The notes below the pieces were generated by a model that was given only the letters and a program-made list of their open reading frames with translations, made no database searches and was not told where the DNA came from. From NCBI GenBank assembly GCA_035193785.1, contig CP136572.1:2740578-2804577 (forward strand): a stretch of 64,000 nucleotides of DNA. The letters are read 5' to 3'. The stretch is from Planktothrix sp. GU0601_MAG3. GTDB taxonomy: Bacteria > Cyanobacteriota > Cyanobacteriia > Cyanobacteriales > Microcoleaceae. Of this stretch, positions 52,392 to 62,453 are shown in pieces. Made by a program: the position numbers and the translations under genes. Positions within the stretch are counted from its first letter, which is position 1, and each line of letters begins with the position of its first letter.

Positions 52392-52699
52392 CCTATTTCC
52401 CTATTTCCCTATTTCCCTATTTCCCTATTTCCTGTTCTCGTTCGACCGTTCGACCGTTCGACCGTTCGACCGTTCGACAGGCTCACGGCTCACGGTTCAT
52501 GGCTCATGGCTCACGGTTTCATGGCTCACGGCTCATGGCTCACGGCTCATGGCTCACGGCTCATGGCTCACGGCTCATGGCTCACGGCTCACGGTTCATG
52601 GCTCACGGCTCATGGCTCACGGCTCATGGCTCACGGCTCATGGCTCATGGCTCACGGCTCACGGCTCATGGCTCACGACGCAGCCTATTCCCTATTCCC
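52392..52699. repeat. composite tandem-repeat tract: (CCTATTT)n, (GTTCGACC)n, (GGCTCAC/GGCTCAT)n, (CCTATTC)2
   Basis: Directly visible; generates spurious AHGSWLT ORFs. Confidence 0.92.
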
Positions 52700-52996
52700 C
52701 AGAGGGAAAAAATGTTTTTAAACCATTTCAATCCGTTTAAATCCGTTTAAATATATAACTTGTGATGATTTAGGTCACTTTTTGGCGATACAGATCACAT
52801 ATTCTTGGGTAAAATCTCACATAATTGTCGTTTTTATATCACATCAATTTAAGAATTAAAGATATATCCTAGTGGATATAACGTTCTTTATCTTTTTTAA
52901 AGAAACCTATGTAGTTAGGATCGCAGACAATTAATAGCTCAAGGATTTATAGTCTATTAGAATCTATAAATAGAATTTGAGGATATAGTAGAAACC

Positions 52997-54745
52997 ATGA
53001 AAACAATTCTAATTATTGAAGATGATGTTTTATTGCGTAGGAGTTTACTAAAAATTCTTCATGCGGAAGGATTTGAACTTCTCGAAGCCGATAATGGACA
53101 AATCGGGATCGAAATGATTCAAAACCAACAACCCGATTTAGTTTTATGTGATTTAATTATGCCGGATTTAGATGGGTATGGAGTCCTAGAACAGTTAAGA
53201 AGTAACCCCGATACCCTATCTATTCCTTTTATTTGTTTAACCGCCCAACATGAACGCAGTAATTTACGCCGGGTGATGGAACTGGGTGCGGATGACTATT
53301 TAACGAAACCCTATAGTAAATCCGAACTCCTAGCCGCCATTCAAGCTCAATTTAACAAACAAGAAAGAATTCAGAATCCCACCCCAATTTCCGAGTCTGA
53401 AACCTTGATTCAATTAATTGGAAGTTTTAATGATGAATCTCGCATCAACTTATCAGCACAATTGAATTTGCAGAGTAAATTTAAACAAATTGTTAGGGAT
53501 ATTGTCTCACCGGAGCAGTCTGTTCCCGTATTTATTTTAAGTTTAGATCGCTTAGAACGATTTCAAGATTATTTAGGTACAAATTATGGGGATATTTTAG
53601 TCCAGGCGGTGATTAATCGGATTCATGATGAAATGCAAAGGGCTGGATTTGTAGTTAAATTAAAAAGTGAAAAAATTGCCTTGGTTTTACCTCCAATTTC
53701 CGATGATAATGAAATTGAAGAAATTGCGATAAAACTTTTAAATTGTTTATCTAAACCGATTAAAATTTCAGACTATAAATTATTATTAGGGTGCTGTTTA
53801 GGGGTTTCCCTATATCCCCAACATGATAATGATTTTGATAACCTCCTGATTAAAGCTAATATTGCCTTGCGTCAGGCTCAACAACAGGGAACCCATTCTT
53901 ATTTTTTATATACTAATGAAATTTGGACAAAAATTCAAGATCGGTTCCACTTAGAAATTGATCTGCATCACGCCTTAGAGAAAGAAGAATTTACCATCCA
54001 TTATGAACCCCAGCTTGACTTAAAAACCGGAAAAATTACCGGAGCAGAAGCCCTATTTAGGTGGCAACATCCCCAACGAGGATTAGTTCCTCCGATTGAA
54101 TGTTTAAGTATTGCGGAAGAAAATGATTTAATTGTAGAAATTGATGAATGGATGATTCGTCAAGTCTGTCAACAGTTGCAAAAATGGCAAAATCAGGGAT
54201 TTCAAATCTCCGTTGCGGTGAATGTTTCGGGGGTAAAATTTCATCAACGGAACCTAGGAAGCTATGTGATGCAAGTGCTTAATCAAACTAATTTAGATCC
54301 AAGTTGTTTAGAATTAGAATTAACAGAAGGTGTTTTAGTGAAAAATCCAGAACGTTCCGTTTTGATTCTCCATGAACTCAAAGATTTAGGCATCGGATTG
54401 TCCTTAGATGATTTTGGGACAGGTTATTCCTCCTTAAGCTATTTACAAAAATTCCCCTTTGATACATTAAAATTAGATCGCTGTTTTGTTCAAGATGTTC
54501 ACCATCATATTAAAAATGCAGCCATTGTGAAAGCGACTATTGTTATGGCTCATAGTTTAGAGATGAGAGTCATTGCTGAGGGGGTAGAAACCGAAGCCGA
54601 ACAGGAATTTTTGCGAGATCATGATTGTGATTGTTTACAGGGATATTGGTTTAGTCGCCCCGTAGAAGCCCAGGTTTTTGAGCAAATGCTGAGGGAAAAT
54701 TCTCAAGAAACAACGACTAAACCCCTATCCTCTTTAGAACATTAA
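52997..54745 (+). CDS. response regulator with degenerate GGDEF and intact EAL domain (probable c-di-GMP phosphodiesterase)
   Basis: IEDD...CDLIMP receiver; GGDEF position reads KSEKI; EALFRW, ELTE, DDFGTGYSSL, EGVE, QGY. Confidence 0.9.
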   Translation: MKTILIIEDDVLLRRSLLKILHAEGFELLEADNGQIGIEMIQNQQPDLVLCDLIMPDLDGYGVLEQLRSNPDTLSIPFICLTAQHERSNLRRVMELGADDYLTKPYSKSELLAAIQAQFNKQERIQNPTPISESETLIQLIGSFNDESRINLSAQLNLQSKFKQIVRDIVSPEQSVPVFILSLDRLERFQDYLGTNYGDILVQAVINRIHDEMQRAGFVVKLKSEKIALVLPPISDDNEIEEIAIKLLNCLSKPIKISDYKLLLGCCLGVSLYPQHDNDFDNLLIKANIALRQAQQQGTHSYFLYTNEIWTKIQDRFHLEIDLHHALEKEEFTIHYEPQLDLKTGKITGAEALFRWQHPQRGLVPPIECLSIAEENDLIVEIDEWMIRQVCQQLQKWQNQGFQISVAVNVSGVKFHQRNLGSYVMQVLNQTNLDPSCLELELTEGVLVKNPERSVLILHELKDLGIGLSLDDFGTGYSSLSYLQKFPFDTLKLDRCFVQDVHHHIKNAAIVKATIVMAHSLEMRVIAEGVETEAEQEFLRDHDCDCLQGYWFSRPVEAQVFEQMLRENSQETTTKPLSSLEH

Positions 54746-54756
54746 ATCCCAAAAGA

Positions 54757-55401
54757 TTATGCTTTAACCATTAATTGTGCTTGTATTTGAGTAATTAAAT
54801 CTTTCAGTCCGCCCGTATTCAAACGATAACTTAAGGGATGGGCAATTAAGTAGGCGGTACTTTCAAATAACACCTCAATTTCCGTTAATCCATTTTGCTG
54901 TAATGTTTTACCCGTAGAAACTAAATCTACAATCGCTTCAGACATTCCGGTAATCGGCCCCAATTCAACGGAGCCATATAATGGTATGATTTCTACGGGT
55001 AAATCCAAACTCTCAAAATACTCACTGGCACAGTGGACAAATTTAGAAGCTACCCGACTATGGGGCGGTAATTCTACCGGAATTTGATAGGGACTCGATT
55101 GTTTAACCGCAACCGACATCCGACATTTGCCAAACTTGAGATCAACCAAAGAAGCCACTTGAGGCTTTTTCTCCCGCAGGACATCATAACCGACAATACC
55201 TAACTGGGCTTGACCATATTCCACATAAACCGGGACATCTTGCGCCCGCACTAATAACGCCTTAGCCGTTTGAGTGGGATCATGAATTTGCAGTTGTCGA
55301 TTGCTGGGATCTAAAAAAGCACTAAAATCAAGTCCAACGGCTTGCAGAAGTCGAATAGTTTCTATCAATAAAGCGCCTTTAGGCAGTGCTACGGTGATCA
55401 T
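54757..55401 (-). CDS. hisG: ATP phosphoribosyltransferase (short form)
   Basis: [40 protein letters not shown]. Confidence 0.96.
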   Translation of the reverse strand: MITVALPKGALLIETIRLLQAVGLDFSAFLDPSNRQLQIHDPTQTAKALLVRAQDVPVYVEYGQAQLGIVGYDVLREKKPQVASLVDLKFGKCRMSVAVKQSSPYQIPVELPPHSRVASKFVHCASEYFESLDLPVEIIPLYGSVELGPITGMSEAIVDLVSTGKTLQQNGLTEIEVLFESTAYLIAHPLSYRLNTGGLKDLITQIQAQLMVKA

Positions 55402-55504
55402 AGGAATGAGGAATGATAGGATTTAGGATTTATCAGTGCAGTTCGCCGAAAATTCGGTATCTGTTGAAACGGCAATAATTACCCTAACTTTTATTTACCA
55501 GATT

Positions 55505-56147
55505 ATGGGACAGTTAACTCTGGTGATTGGCAATAAAAATTATTCTTCTTGGTCATTGCGTCCTTGGTTTCCTTCTGAAGCAAGCCGGAATTAATTTTTC
55601 TGAAATTTCAATTGATTTAGGTAATCCCGATACCCACAAACAAATCCGGCGCTATTCTCCATCGGGGAAAGTTCCGGTATTATTAGATGGAGATTTAACG
55701 GTTTGGGAATCCTTAGCCATTTGTGAATATATTGCTGAAAATTTTATTCATAATTTATGGCCGCAAAACTTAGAAGCCCGGACTTATGCGCGTTGTATCA
55801 GTTATGAAATTCACGCCGGATTTATCAATTTAAGGCAACAAATGCCGATGAATTGTCGGACTCGTTACCCCAGAGAAGGTATGAAGCCGGATGTCCAAAC
55901 TGATATTGATAGAATCACGGCAATTTGGCGAGAATGTCGGGCACAATACGGCTCTCACGGTGAATTTTTATTCGGAAATTTTACGATTGCAGATGCGATG
56001 TTTGCCCCGGTTATTTCTCGATTTATTACTTATGATGTTAAGTTAGGAGAAATTGAACAGGCTTATGTTGAAACAATTTGGTCACTTCCAGCCATGCAGG
56101 AATGGATTGATGCGGCTTATTTGGAACCGGAAATTATGCACTTTTGA
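55505..56147 (+). CDS. glutathione S-transferase family protein (apparent frameshift at 55567-55571)
   Basis: MGQLTLVIGNKNYSSWSLRPW from ATG 55505 joins SPSGKVPVL...WESLAICEY...FTIADAMFAP. Confidence 0.9.
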
Positions 56148-56233
56148 CGGGTTTTTATGATTACCTGTAGGGGCGGGTTATGTAAAAAGTTATGTTTCCT
56201 GAAGCCGAAAACCCTCGATTACAGCCTAGATCC

Positions 56234-56339
56234 GATCCCCCTAAATCCCCCTTAAAAAGGGGGACTTGGAAATTCAGTTATCTCCTTAACAAAAGGGACT
56301 TGAAAATCCGATTCCCCCCTTAGTAAGGGGGGCTAGGGG
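56234..56339. repeat. cyanobacterial small dispersed repeat (GATCCCCCTAAATCCCCCTTAAAAAGGGGGACTT...CCCCCCTTAGTAAGGGGGGCTAGGGG); last bases resume at 57918-57933
   Basis: Poly-C/poly-G hairpins; terminal GGGGGGATC displaced by two insertions. Confidence 0.75.
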
Positions 56340-56482
56340 CAGGGCTGTTTCATTCTTTGTAGGGGCAATCCCCCCGTGGTTGCCCCAATCCCTGAAACGC
56401 CTGCAAATCTGGGATGGGGAGGGTAGGCACGGGGGCACTACCCCTACAAAACCCGGGTTTCCCTGAGAATGAAACAGCCCTG
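56340..56482. mobile_element. ISAs1-type MITE carrying a REP-like palindrome pair
   Basis: 17-bp perfect TIR CAGGGCTGTTTCATTCT/AGAATGAAACAGCCCTG; flanking GGGCTAGGG(G) duplication; internal GTAGGGGCAATCCCCCCGTGGTTGCCCC and GGGTAGGCACGGGGGCACTACCCCTAC. Confidence 0.85.
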
Positions 56483-56491
56483 GGGCTAGGG

Positions 56492-57917
56492 CAGGGGGTT
56501 TTCATTTTCAAAAATGCGATCGCTATATTCAAAAAAAATCATCAAATTTTCCGGCAAAATTCTCTCTAATTTTTATTAGATAATTTGGAAATATTAAAAA
56601 TAAACGATTTTAATATTTGTTAACAGCAAAAGATAGCCATTGTCTTGATTAATAAGACTTTATGGCTATTTATTATTAAATATTTTTAATGTTTTTTGTG
56701 AAGAATAGTTTTAAAAACTTAATTAATTCAGGCGATCGCTAAAATTTTCTCCCAATTATTTCCTAACCATGACTGTCCCTCTTTTATTGAGACAAATCCC
56801 AAACTTCTGTATATATTCAAAATTAATGTTACTAATAACGAGAATTTCCCCGCTACGTCTATCCCTTTTATTCTTGATTTATCTTCATTAAAATTTACAT
56901 CTTTGACCCAATGTACTTGATTTTCAATTAACCAATGTGCTTTAATTTTTTCTGCAAATGTTTTCGCACTTAATTTCTGACTACTAATATAATATAAAGT
57001 CTCATTATATTCTTGATCACCCCGAAAACCTGTTCTTTCTACCTGAATAAAACTTTGAAGATGAGGATAATTTTTATGGTTCACATTTTGGCTATCAAAT
57101 ACTGATACTTTTCTGCTAATATTTCGTACATGACTGAAATCTTTTTCTTCATATACTGTTAAAGGTTTCTCGACTTTTACTAATTTTTTGATCTGCTTGT
57201 GCAATTTCATTTGATTGCCTTTCACCGTAATTAAATAATCATTTTTGCTTTCAATTATTGCCTGAGTTGTTTCCTTACTACAATGGAGAGCATCGAGAGT
57301 AAATACTTTATTTAATAACCCACATTCCTCTATCATAGAGAGAACTTTGGCGTTTTCAGAACTCTGTTTACTTTCAAAACTTTCCGATTTAATTACCAAC
57401 TTTGTTTCTTGACTAAACCAAGATACCATTATTAACATATTTTGTTTTTGATTTTCATAGTTAGTCAGGGTATTTTTTAAAGATTTTCCATCGATCGCAA
57501 TCCAATCAACGCCTTCTTTTTGCCAGTAATATTTCTGGACTGTTGACTGAAACATTAACTGAATTTCTATTAGATTTATCCCAATCATTACTCGTCTAAT
57601 TGTACTATAAGATGGCAATTTTTTAGCCTTAATTTCTAATAATTTAATTAGCTTATCTTCTTCATTTTTTCTAAAATTATCTATTTGCTTATAAGTAACA
57701 TTGCCAGTTAGCAGTGCCAAAATAATAATAGTCAACACCACCCATAATTCATGTCTTTTGCCACGATTTTTCCGAAAATCCTTGACTAACTTCAGTTGTT
57801 CAATTATACTGTTTAACATGACTTTTTTAAAACCAAATAAAAGTGATCTCTTTTTAATTTTACTGAAAAAAGATCACTTTTATTTTCTTTTTTACCCCCG
57901 ACTTTGAAAACACCCTG
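56492..57917 (-). mobile_element. ISAs1-family insertion sequence
   Basis: TIRs CAGGGGGTTTTCA (56492) and TGAAAACACCCTG (57917); 10-bp direct repeat GGGGCTAGGG at 56482-56491 and 57918-57927. Confidence 0.9.
56728..57819 (-). CDS. ISAs1-family DDE transposase
   Basis: DFR...GKRH, PSYSTIRR, IAIDGK, TLDALHC, VKGNQ, YYISS, HWLIENQVHWVKDVNFNED; ORF intact. Confidence 0.93.
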   Translation of the reverse strand: MLNSIIEQLKLVKDFRKNRGKRHELWVVLTIIILALLTGNVTYKQIDNFRKNEEDKLIKLLEIKAKKLPSYSTIRRVMIGINLIEIQLMFQSTVQKYYWQKEGVDWIAIDGKSLKNTLTNYENQKQNMLIMVSWFSQETKLVIKSESFESKQSSENAKVLSMIEECGLLNKVFTLDALHCSKETTQAIIESKNDYLITVKGNQMKLHKQIKKLVKVEKPLTVYEEKDFSHVRNISRKVSVFDSQNVNHKNYPHLQSFIQVERTGFRGDQEYNETLYYISSQKLSAKTFAEKIKAHWLIENQVHWVKDVNFNEDKSRIKGIDVAGKFSLLVTLILNIYRSLGFVSIKEGQSWLGNNWEKILAIA

Positions 57918-58018
57918 GGGGCTAGGGGGGATCAGATATCGGGAGAAAATCAAGAGACTTTCAGTTTTATAACCTACTTTAATTATCTTAAATTTATCCT
58001 TTAATTATATTACTAATT

Positions 58019-58700
58019 ATGCGAATTTTATTGGTTGATGATGAAATCGAATTAACAGAACCTTTAAGTCGGGTATTAACCCGGGAAGGGTATACGGTTG
58101 ATATTGCCACGGATGGGGATTTAGGCTGTGATTTAGCTCGTCAAAATCAATATGATTTATTAATTTTAGATTGGATGTTACCGCAAAAATCCGGTTTAGA
58201 AATTTGTCAGGAATTGCGATCGCATTCTAATCAAACACCCATTCTATTTTTAACCGCAAAAGACACCCTAGATGATCGAGTTCAGGGGTTAGATGCTGGT
58301 GCAGATGACTATTTAATGAAACCCTTTGAATTACGCGAATTATTAGCTAGGGTTTCGCGCCTTACTCCGTCGTTATCAAGTTATAGAATCCCCCGTTAAT
58401 TCTAACCGTTTGCAAGTATTAGACTTAGAATTAGATCTCGATAATCAACTCGCCTATCGAGGTGGACGCATGATTGATTTATCAGAAAAAGAAAGCCAAC
58501 TTTTAGCTTATTTGATGCGCTCACCAGGACAATTATTAACCCATGATCAAATCCATCAACATCTCTGGGGAGATGGTGAACAACCGAGCAGTAATGTATT
58601 AGCAGCACAAATTCGCTTGTTAAGAAGAAAAATTGAAACTACCGGAGAAATTCCCCTAATTCACACGGTTTATGGGAAAGGATATCGTTTGGGAGAATAG
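58019..58700 (+). CDS. OmpR-family response regulator, RppA-like (apparent frameshift at 58352-58356)
   Basis: LLVDDE, LDWMLP, GADDYLMKPF; ARVRALLRR after repair; SNVLAAQIRLLRRK, TVYGKGY. Confidence 0.88.
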
Positions 58701-58803
58701 TTAAAATTAAAGGTTGAATTTCTCCAAATAGTGCTAATTTTTCAAGGGTTCGCATAATCCAAATTCTGCCATTAATTGTTCATGGGACATATTATTATGG
58801 CGT

Positions 58804-58869
58804 TCATAATGATGCTTTTTCGTTGTGGTCGATTAAAACATCGGTATCAATTAATAACATCTTAGGCAT
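58804..58869 (-). pseudogene. truncated VapC/PIN toxin
   Basis: MPKMLLIDTDVLIDHNEKASL*: typical PIN N-terminus (xxDTxVLID), then stop; directly downstream of an RHH antitoxin. Confidence 0.6.
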
Positions 58870-58887
58870 ACTGACCAATAAAAATTG

Positions 58888-59127
58888 TTAAAATCTCTGC
58901 CATTCCTGACGTAATTGTTGTAAATCAGGGATATCTATATCTTCTCGATCAGCCCATATTCCTTTAGCTTGTTGTATTAATAAATATCGAGTTTGCCGTT
59001 GATAGTCTTTAATTAATCGTTCAACTGCTTCGCTAATTAATTGACTTTGAGTTTTTCCCGTTTCTCGTGAAATTTCAGCCAGAGCATTTTGCAGGGGTTC
59101 ATCTAAACTAATTTTAGTTTCAGGCAT
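58888..59127 (-). CDS. CopG/ribbon-helix-helix antitoxin (VapB-like)
   Basis: TKISLDE....L.EIS..TGKTQSQLISEAV; GIWADRED..LRQEW tail. Confidence 0.8.
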   Translation of the reverse strand: MPETKISLDEPLQNALAEISRETGKTQSQLISEAVERLIKDYQRQTRYLLIQQAKGIWADREDIDIPDLQQLRQEWQRF

Positions 59128-59164
59128 AGATTTTAGAAATCGTAAATGATATTTTAATTATAGA

Positions 59165-59437
59165 TTAACTTTGCGGATAAGAAATTGTACTAGCCAGATA
59201 ATTTACACTCCTCAAAATCTGGCTTAATGCTTCTTCCCCTGGTATGGGTTGCACTCTACCAGTCCTAATTTCATCTCGACGCTGTTTTGCTTCTGCTATC
59301 CATAGTGTTTGTATCGTTTCATCAACATCAAACTCCAAACTTTCGACTAATTTCTCGACGAGAAGCACTCTCGATGCACTGGGTAAAGACAATGCTTCTG
59401 TTATTAATTCCTCAACGGTTTCGCATAAAGTAATCAA
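59165..59437 (-). CDS. putative addiction module antitoxin (TIGR02574-like)
   Basis: EALSLPSASRVLLVEKLVESL...W..EA..R..EI..G.V..IPGEE; C-terminus looks aberrant. Confidence 0.78.
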   Translation of the reverse strand: MITLCETVEELITEALSLPSASRVLLVEKLVESLEFDVDETIQTLWIAEAKQRRDEIRTGRVQPIPGEEALSQILRSVNYLASTISYPQS

Positions 59438-59529
59438 AATTGGAACTGCTCTGATTGTAACAAGTCAGTTCAGAATTGCCTAGCCTACCATTTTTAAAAA
59501 ATAATTATTATCTTAACTTTATCAGTTTT

Positions 59530-60363
59530 TTAGCTTTCTGCAAAATAATCGGAATCTATTTTATAAGTTTCATACTGTTTAACAATGGAGACTCCAACAC
59601 CATAAGTAATCATTAAATCTGAAAGCATTTTACCATCAATTAAAACAATATGTTTCTGCTGTTTGTTTGCATACTCAATAGCTGTATCTGCAAAAGATGA
59701 AGTGGTAATAAAAACACCTTTTTGTATACTTTCCATAGCTCCAACAAACTGTTGAAGTTCTGGACGACCGACTTTTTTAGGAGGAGTATAACGTTTAGCT
59801 TGAATATAAATTTTTCCTAACCCTAGACGGTCTTCCTTAATCACACCATCAATACCACCATCGCCTGGACTACCCTTAACTAATCCAGCATTTGGAAAGT
59901 CTCCGCCATATCCCATCTTCAAAAGTAAATCTACAACTAACACTTCAAAAAAAGCTGGATCTGATAAAATTATAGTTGATAAGAGTTGCTGCTTAATCAC
60001 ATTTCTATGTTCAAGATAAGCCTTATAAATAGTTTCTTCTGGAATTTGATCTGTTAGATCAGATGTTGTAGATAAATCACGCTCATTATTTTCGTCCTCC
60101 TTGAGAAAATATTTAATTATTTTTCCATCTTTAGAAGCAATTTTAAAATGTTTGACCGGACTAGCCGATGGAAAATCTAAACCAACACAATGCCTTCTTA
60201 TTTCCCCTAACACAACATTCTTAGGTTCTTTGGCTCCAAAGTTATATAAACCAAACTCAATAATTTTTTCATAAACCTCTTTAGGAGTTAGCGGGTTTCC
60301 TGAAAGTCTTAATACTTCTTTTATAGCTCCTACAATGGTTAATTTATTTTCGTCATTAGTCAT
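59530..60363 (-). CDS. mrr: Mrr-family (type IV) restriction endonuclease with N-terminal winged-HTH
   Basis: PAFFEVLVVDLLLKMGYG, DGGIDG, IYIQAKRY, KGVFITTSSF, LIDG..L..LM. Confidence 0.88.
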   Translation of the reverse strand: MTNDENKLTIVGAIKEVLRLSGNPLTPKEVYEKIIEFGLYNFGAKEPKNVVLGEIRRHCVGLDFPSASPVKHFKIASKDGKIIKYFLKEDENNERDLSTTSDLTDQIPEETIYKAYLEHRNVIKQQLLSTIILSDPAFFEVLVVDLLLKMGYGGDFPNAGLVKGSPGDGGIDGVIKEDRLGLGKIYIQAKRYTPPKKVGRPELQQFVGAMESIQKGVFITTSSFADTAIEYANKQQKHIVLIDGKMLSDLMITYGVGVSIVKQYETYKIDSDYFAES

Positions 60364-60454
60364 GTTAGCTATTAATTTTGAGGTTAATTAAAAATTTAGA
60401 ATATTCTAGTGATATTAATGCTAAGTATAAGGTGGGCAATGCCCACCCAATATT

Positions 60455-61691
60455 TTAAACCTTAAACTTCTCGGTAATTCGACGCATGGCTTCCTCTACG
60501 TTTTCCCGACTATTAAAAGCAGAAATACGGAAATATCCTTCCCCGGCGGCACCGAAACCTGAACCTGGAGTCCCGACAACATTACAGGTTTGTAAGAGCT
60601 TATCGAAGAAATCCCAACTCGATAAACCTTGGGGAGTTTTCACCCAAACATAGGGGGCATTTTCGCCTCCATAAACGCTTAATCCAGCCGCCGTTAATTG
60701 CTCCCGAATAATTTGGGCGTTTTCCATATAAAATTGAATTAACGCCTTAACTTGAGCTTTTCCTGCTTCCGAATAAACCGCTTCCGCCGCCCGTTGAATA
60801 ATATAGGAAACGCCGTTAAATTTAGTTGCTTGACGACGATTCCATAACTTCCATAATTCCACATTGGAACCATCTTTGGCTTTAGCTGTTAAGGTTTTTG
60901 GAACAACCGTAAAAGCGCAACGAGTTCCAGTAAATCCGGCGGTTTTGGAGAAGGAACGAAACTCAATGGCGCAATCTTTTGCTCCTTCAATTTCATAGAT
61001 AGAACGGGGTAAATTCGGGTTAGAAATAAACGCTTCATAGGCGGCATCATATAGTATAATAGAACCGTTGGCTTTAGCGTATTCTACCCAGGCGGTTAAG
61101 TGTTCTTTGGTTGCCGTTGCCCCGGTGGGATTATTGGGAAAACAGAGATAAATTAAATCAACTTTTTGGGTAGGAATCGCAGCAGTAAAATTATTTTCCG
61201 CCGTAATGGGAATATAAACTAATCCCCCATATTCTCCTTTTTCATTGGCATCTCCGGTGTGTCCTGCCATCACATTTGTATCCACATAAACGGGATAAAC
61301 CGGGTCAGTTACGGCAATAATATTATCGTCTCCAAAAATATCTAAAATATTTCCGGTATCACATTTTGAACCGTCAGAAATGAAGATTTCATCGGCGTCA
61401 ATATCGCAACCTCTGGCTTGGAAATCGTTGGCGGCGATGGTTTCGCGTAACCAACCATAGCCCTGTTCGGGGCCGTAACCTTTGAAGCTGTCACGGTTGC
61501 CCATGTCTTCCACAGCTTGCACCATGGCTTGGCGACAGGCTTGGGGCAGGGGTTTCGGTGACGTCCCCAATACCTAAACGAATGATTTTGGCGTCGGGGT
61601 TGGCTTCTGCAAAGGCATTCACCCGGCGGGCAATTTCGGGGAATAGATATCCGGCTTTGAGTTTGAGATAGTTATCGTTAAGGGTTGCCAT
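60455..61691 (-). CDS. dapL: LL-diaminopimelate aminotransferase (apparent frameshift at 61552-61556)
   Basis: [24 protein letters not shown] after repair, [18 protein letters not shown]. Confidence 0.95.
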
Positions 61692-61780
61692 AGTTGCTTA
61701 CAAATGCAAAATTTAGGGTGTAATTTCAGTCTTCCAAAGTAACTGAATCTTCTATAATACAAGGGTTTGGGATCGGCTTT

Positions 61781-62395
61781 TTAAACTTTTGTCCAGAGGG
61801 CAAGACCACCGCCTCTACCTCTAGCTGCAATTAGATTAGGCGTAATCACAAAAAAGGCAAAAAAGGCTTGTTTTTTGATAGAATCTTGATAGAATTGTGC
61901 CGAATTACTTGAGGTTCCGGGCATTTTACCTTCATAAATATTTAAGCCAAACAGTTTAGAAGTAAGATGGGTAAAATCGAAGGCGAGAATATTCTTTTTT
62001 TCTAAGAATTTAGCGGGGCCAGTTAGGGTTAAATTAAACCCATTTAACTGAACGCAATTTTGAATAATTCCGGCGTCTATTTCCGTCGGTGCTTCTATTT
62101 TTAAGAGGGGATGGGGATATCGGGAATAGATAATTTGTAGATTCAGAAAACTAGGAATATAAAGTCCGTTTCCCTTAATAAATCCGGCTTGTTTACGGAC
62201 TTTCTGAGTTCCACTTATCCAACAAAGTCGCCAATTTCCGATCAAAGATTCAAAACTATGCTTTTCTTTGGTTTTTTTGGCTAGGTTTTCACATCTAATT
62301 AAGGTTTCAGCGACAATAGAAGAATTGGGCTTTTCTCCCTTACCTGTTAACACAAATTGAGATACTTTTTCTAACAACAGAAGATCATTTTCCAT
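61781..62395 (-). CDS. hypothetical protein, possibly PAP-fibrillin-like
   Basis: L.GNWRL.W, LAFDFT, AFFAFF, ARGRGGGLALW. Confidence 0.6.
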   Translation of the reverse strand: MENDLLLLEKVSQFVLTGKGEKPNSSIVAETLIRCENLAKKTKEKHSFESLIGNWRLCWISGTQKVRKQAGFIKGNGLYIPSFLNLQIIYSRYPHPLLKIEAPTEIDAGIIQNCVQLNGFNLTLTGPAKFLEKKNILAFDFTHLTSKLFGLNIYEGKMPGTSSNSAQFYQDSIKKQAFFAFFVITPNLIAARGRGGGLALWTKV

Positions 62396-62453
62396 GGGAT
62401 TTTATGGTTGTTGGCTGTTGGCTGTTGGTGCGGGCAAAGAACACTTACGCACC

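Noticed and set aside
52352..52750. AHGSWLT-repeat ORFs in three frames
   Set aside because: Translation of a stop-free heptamer repeat; no evidence of coding function.
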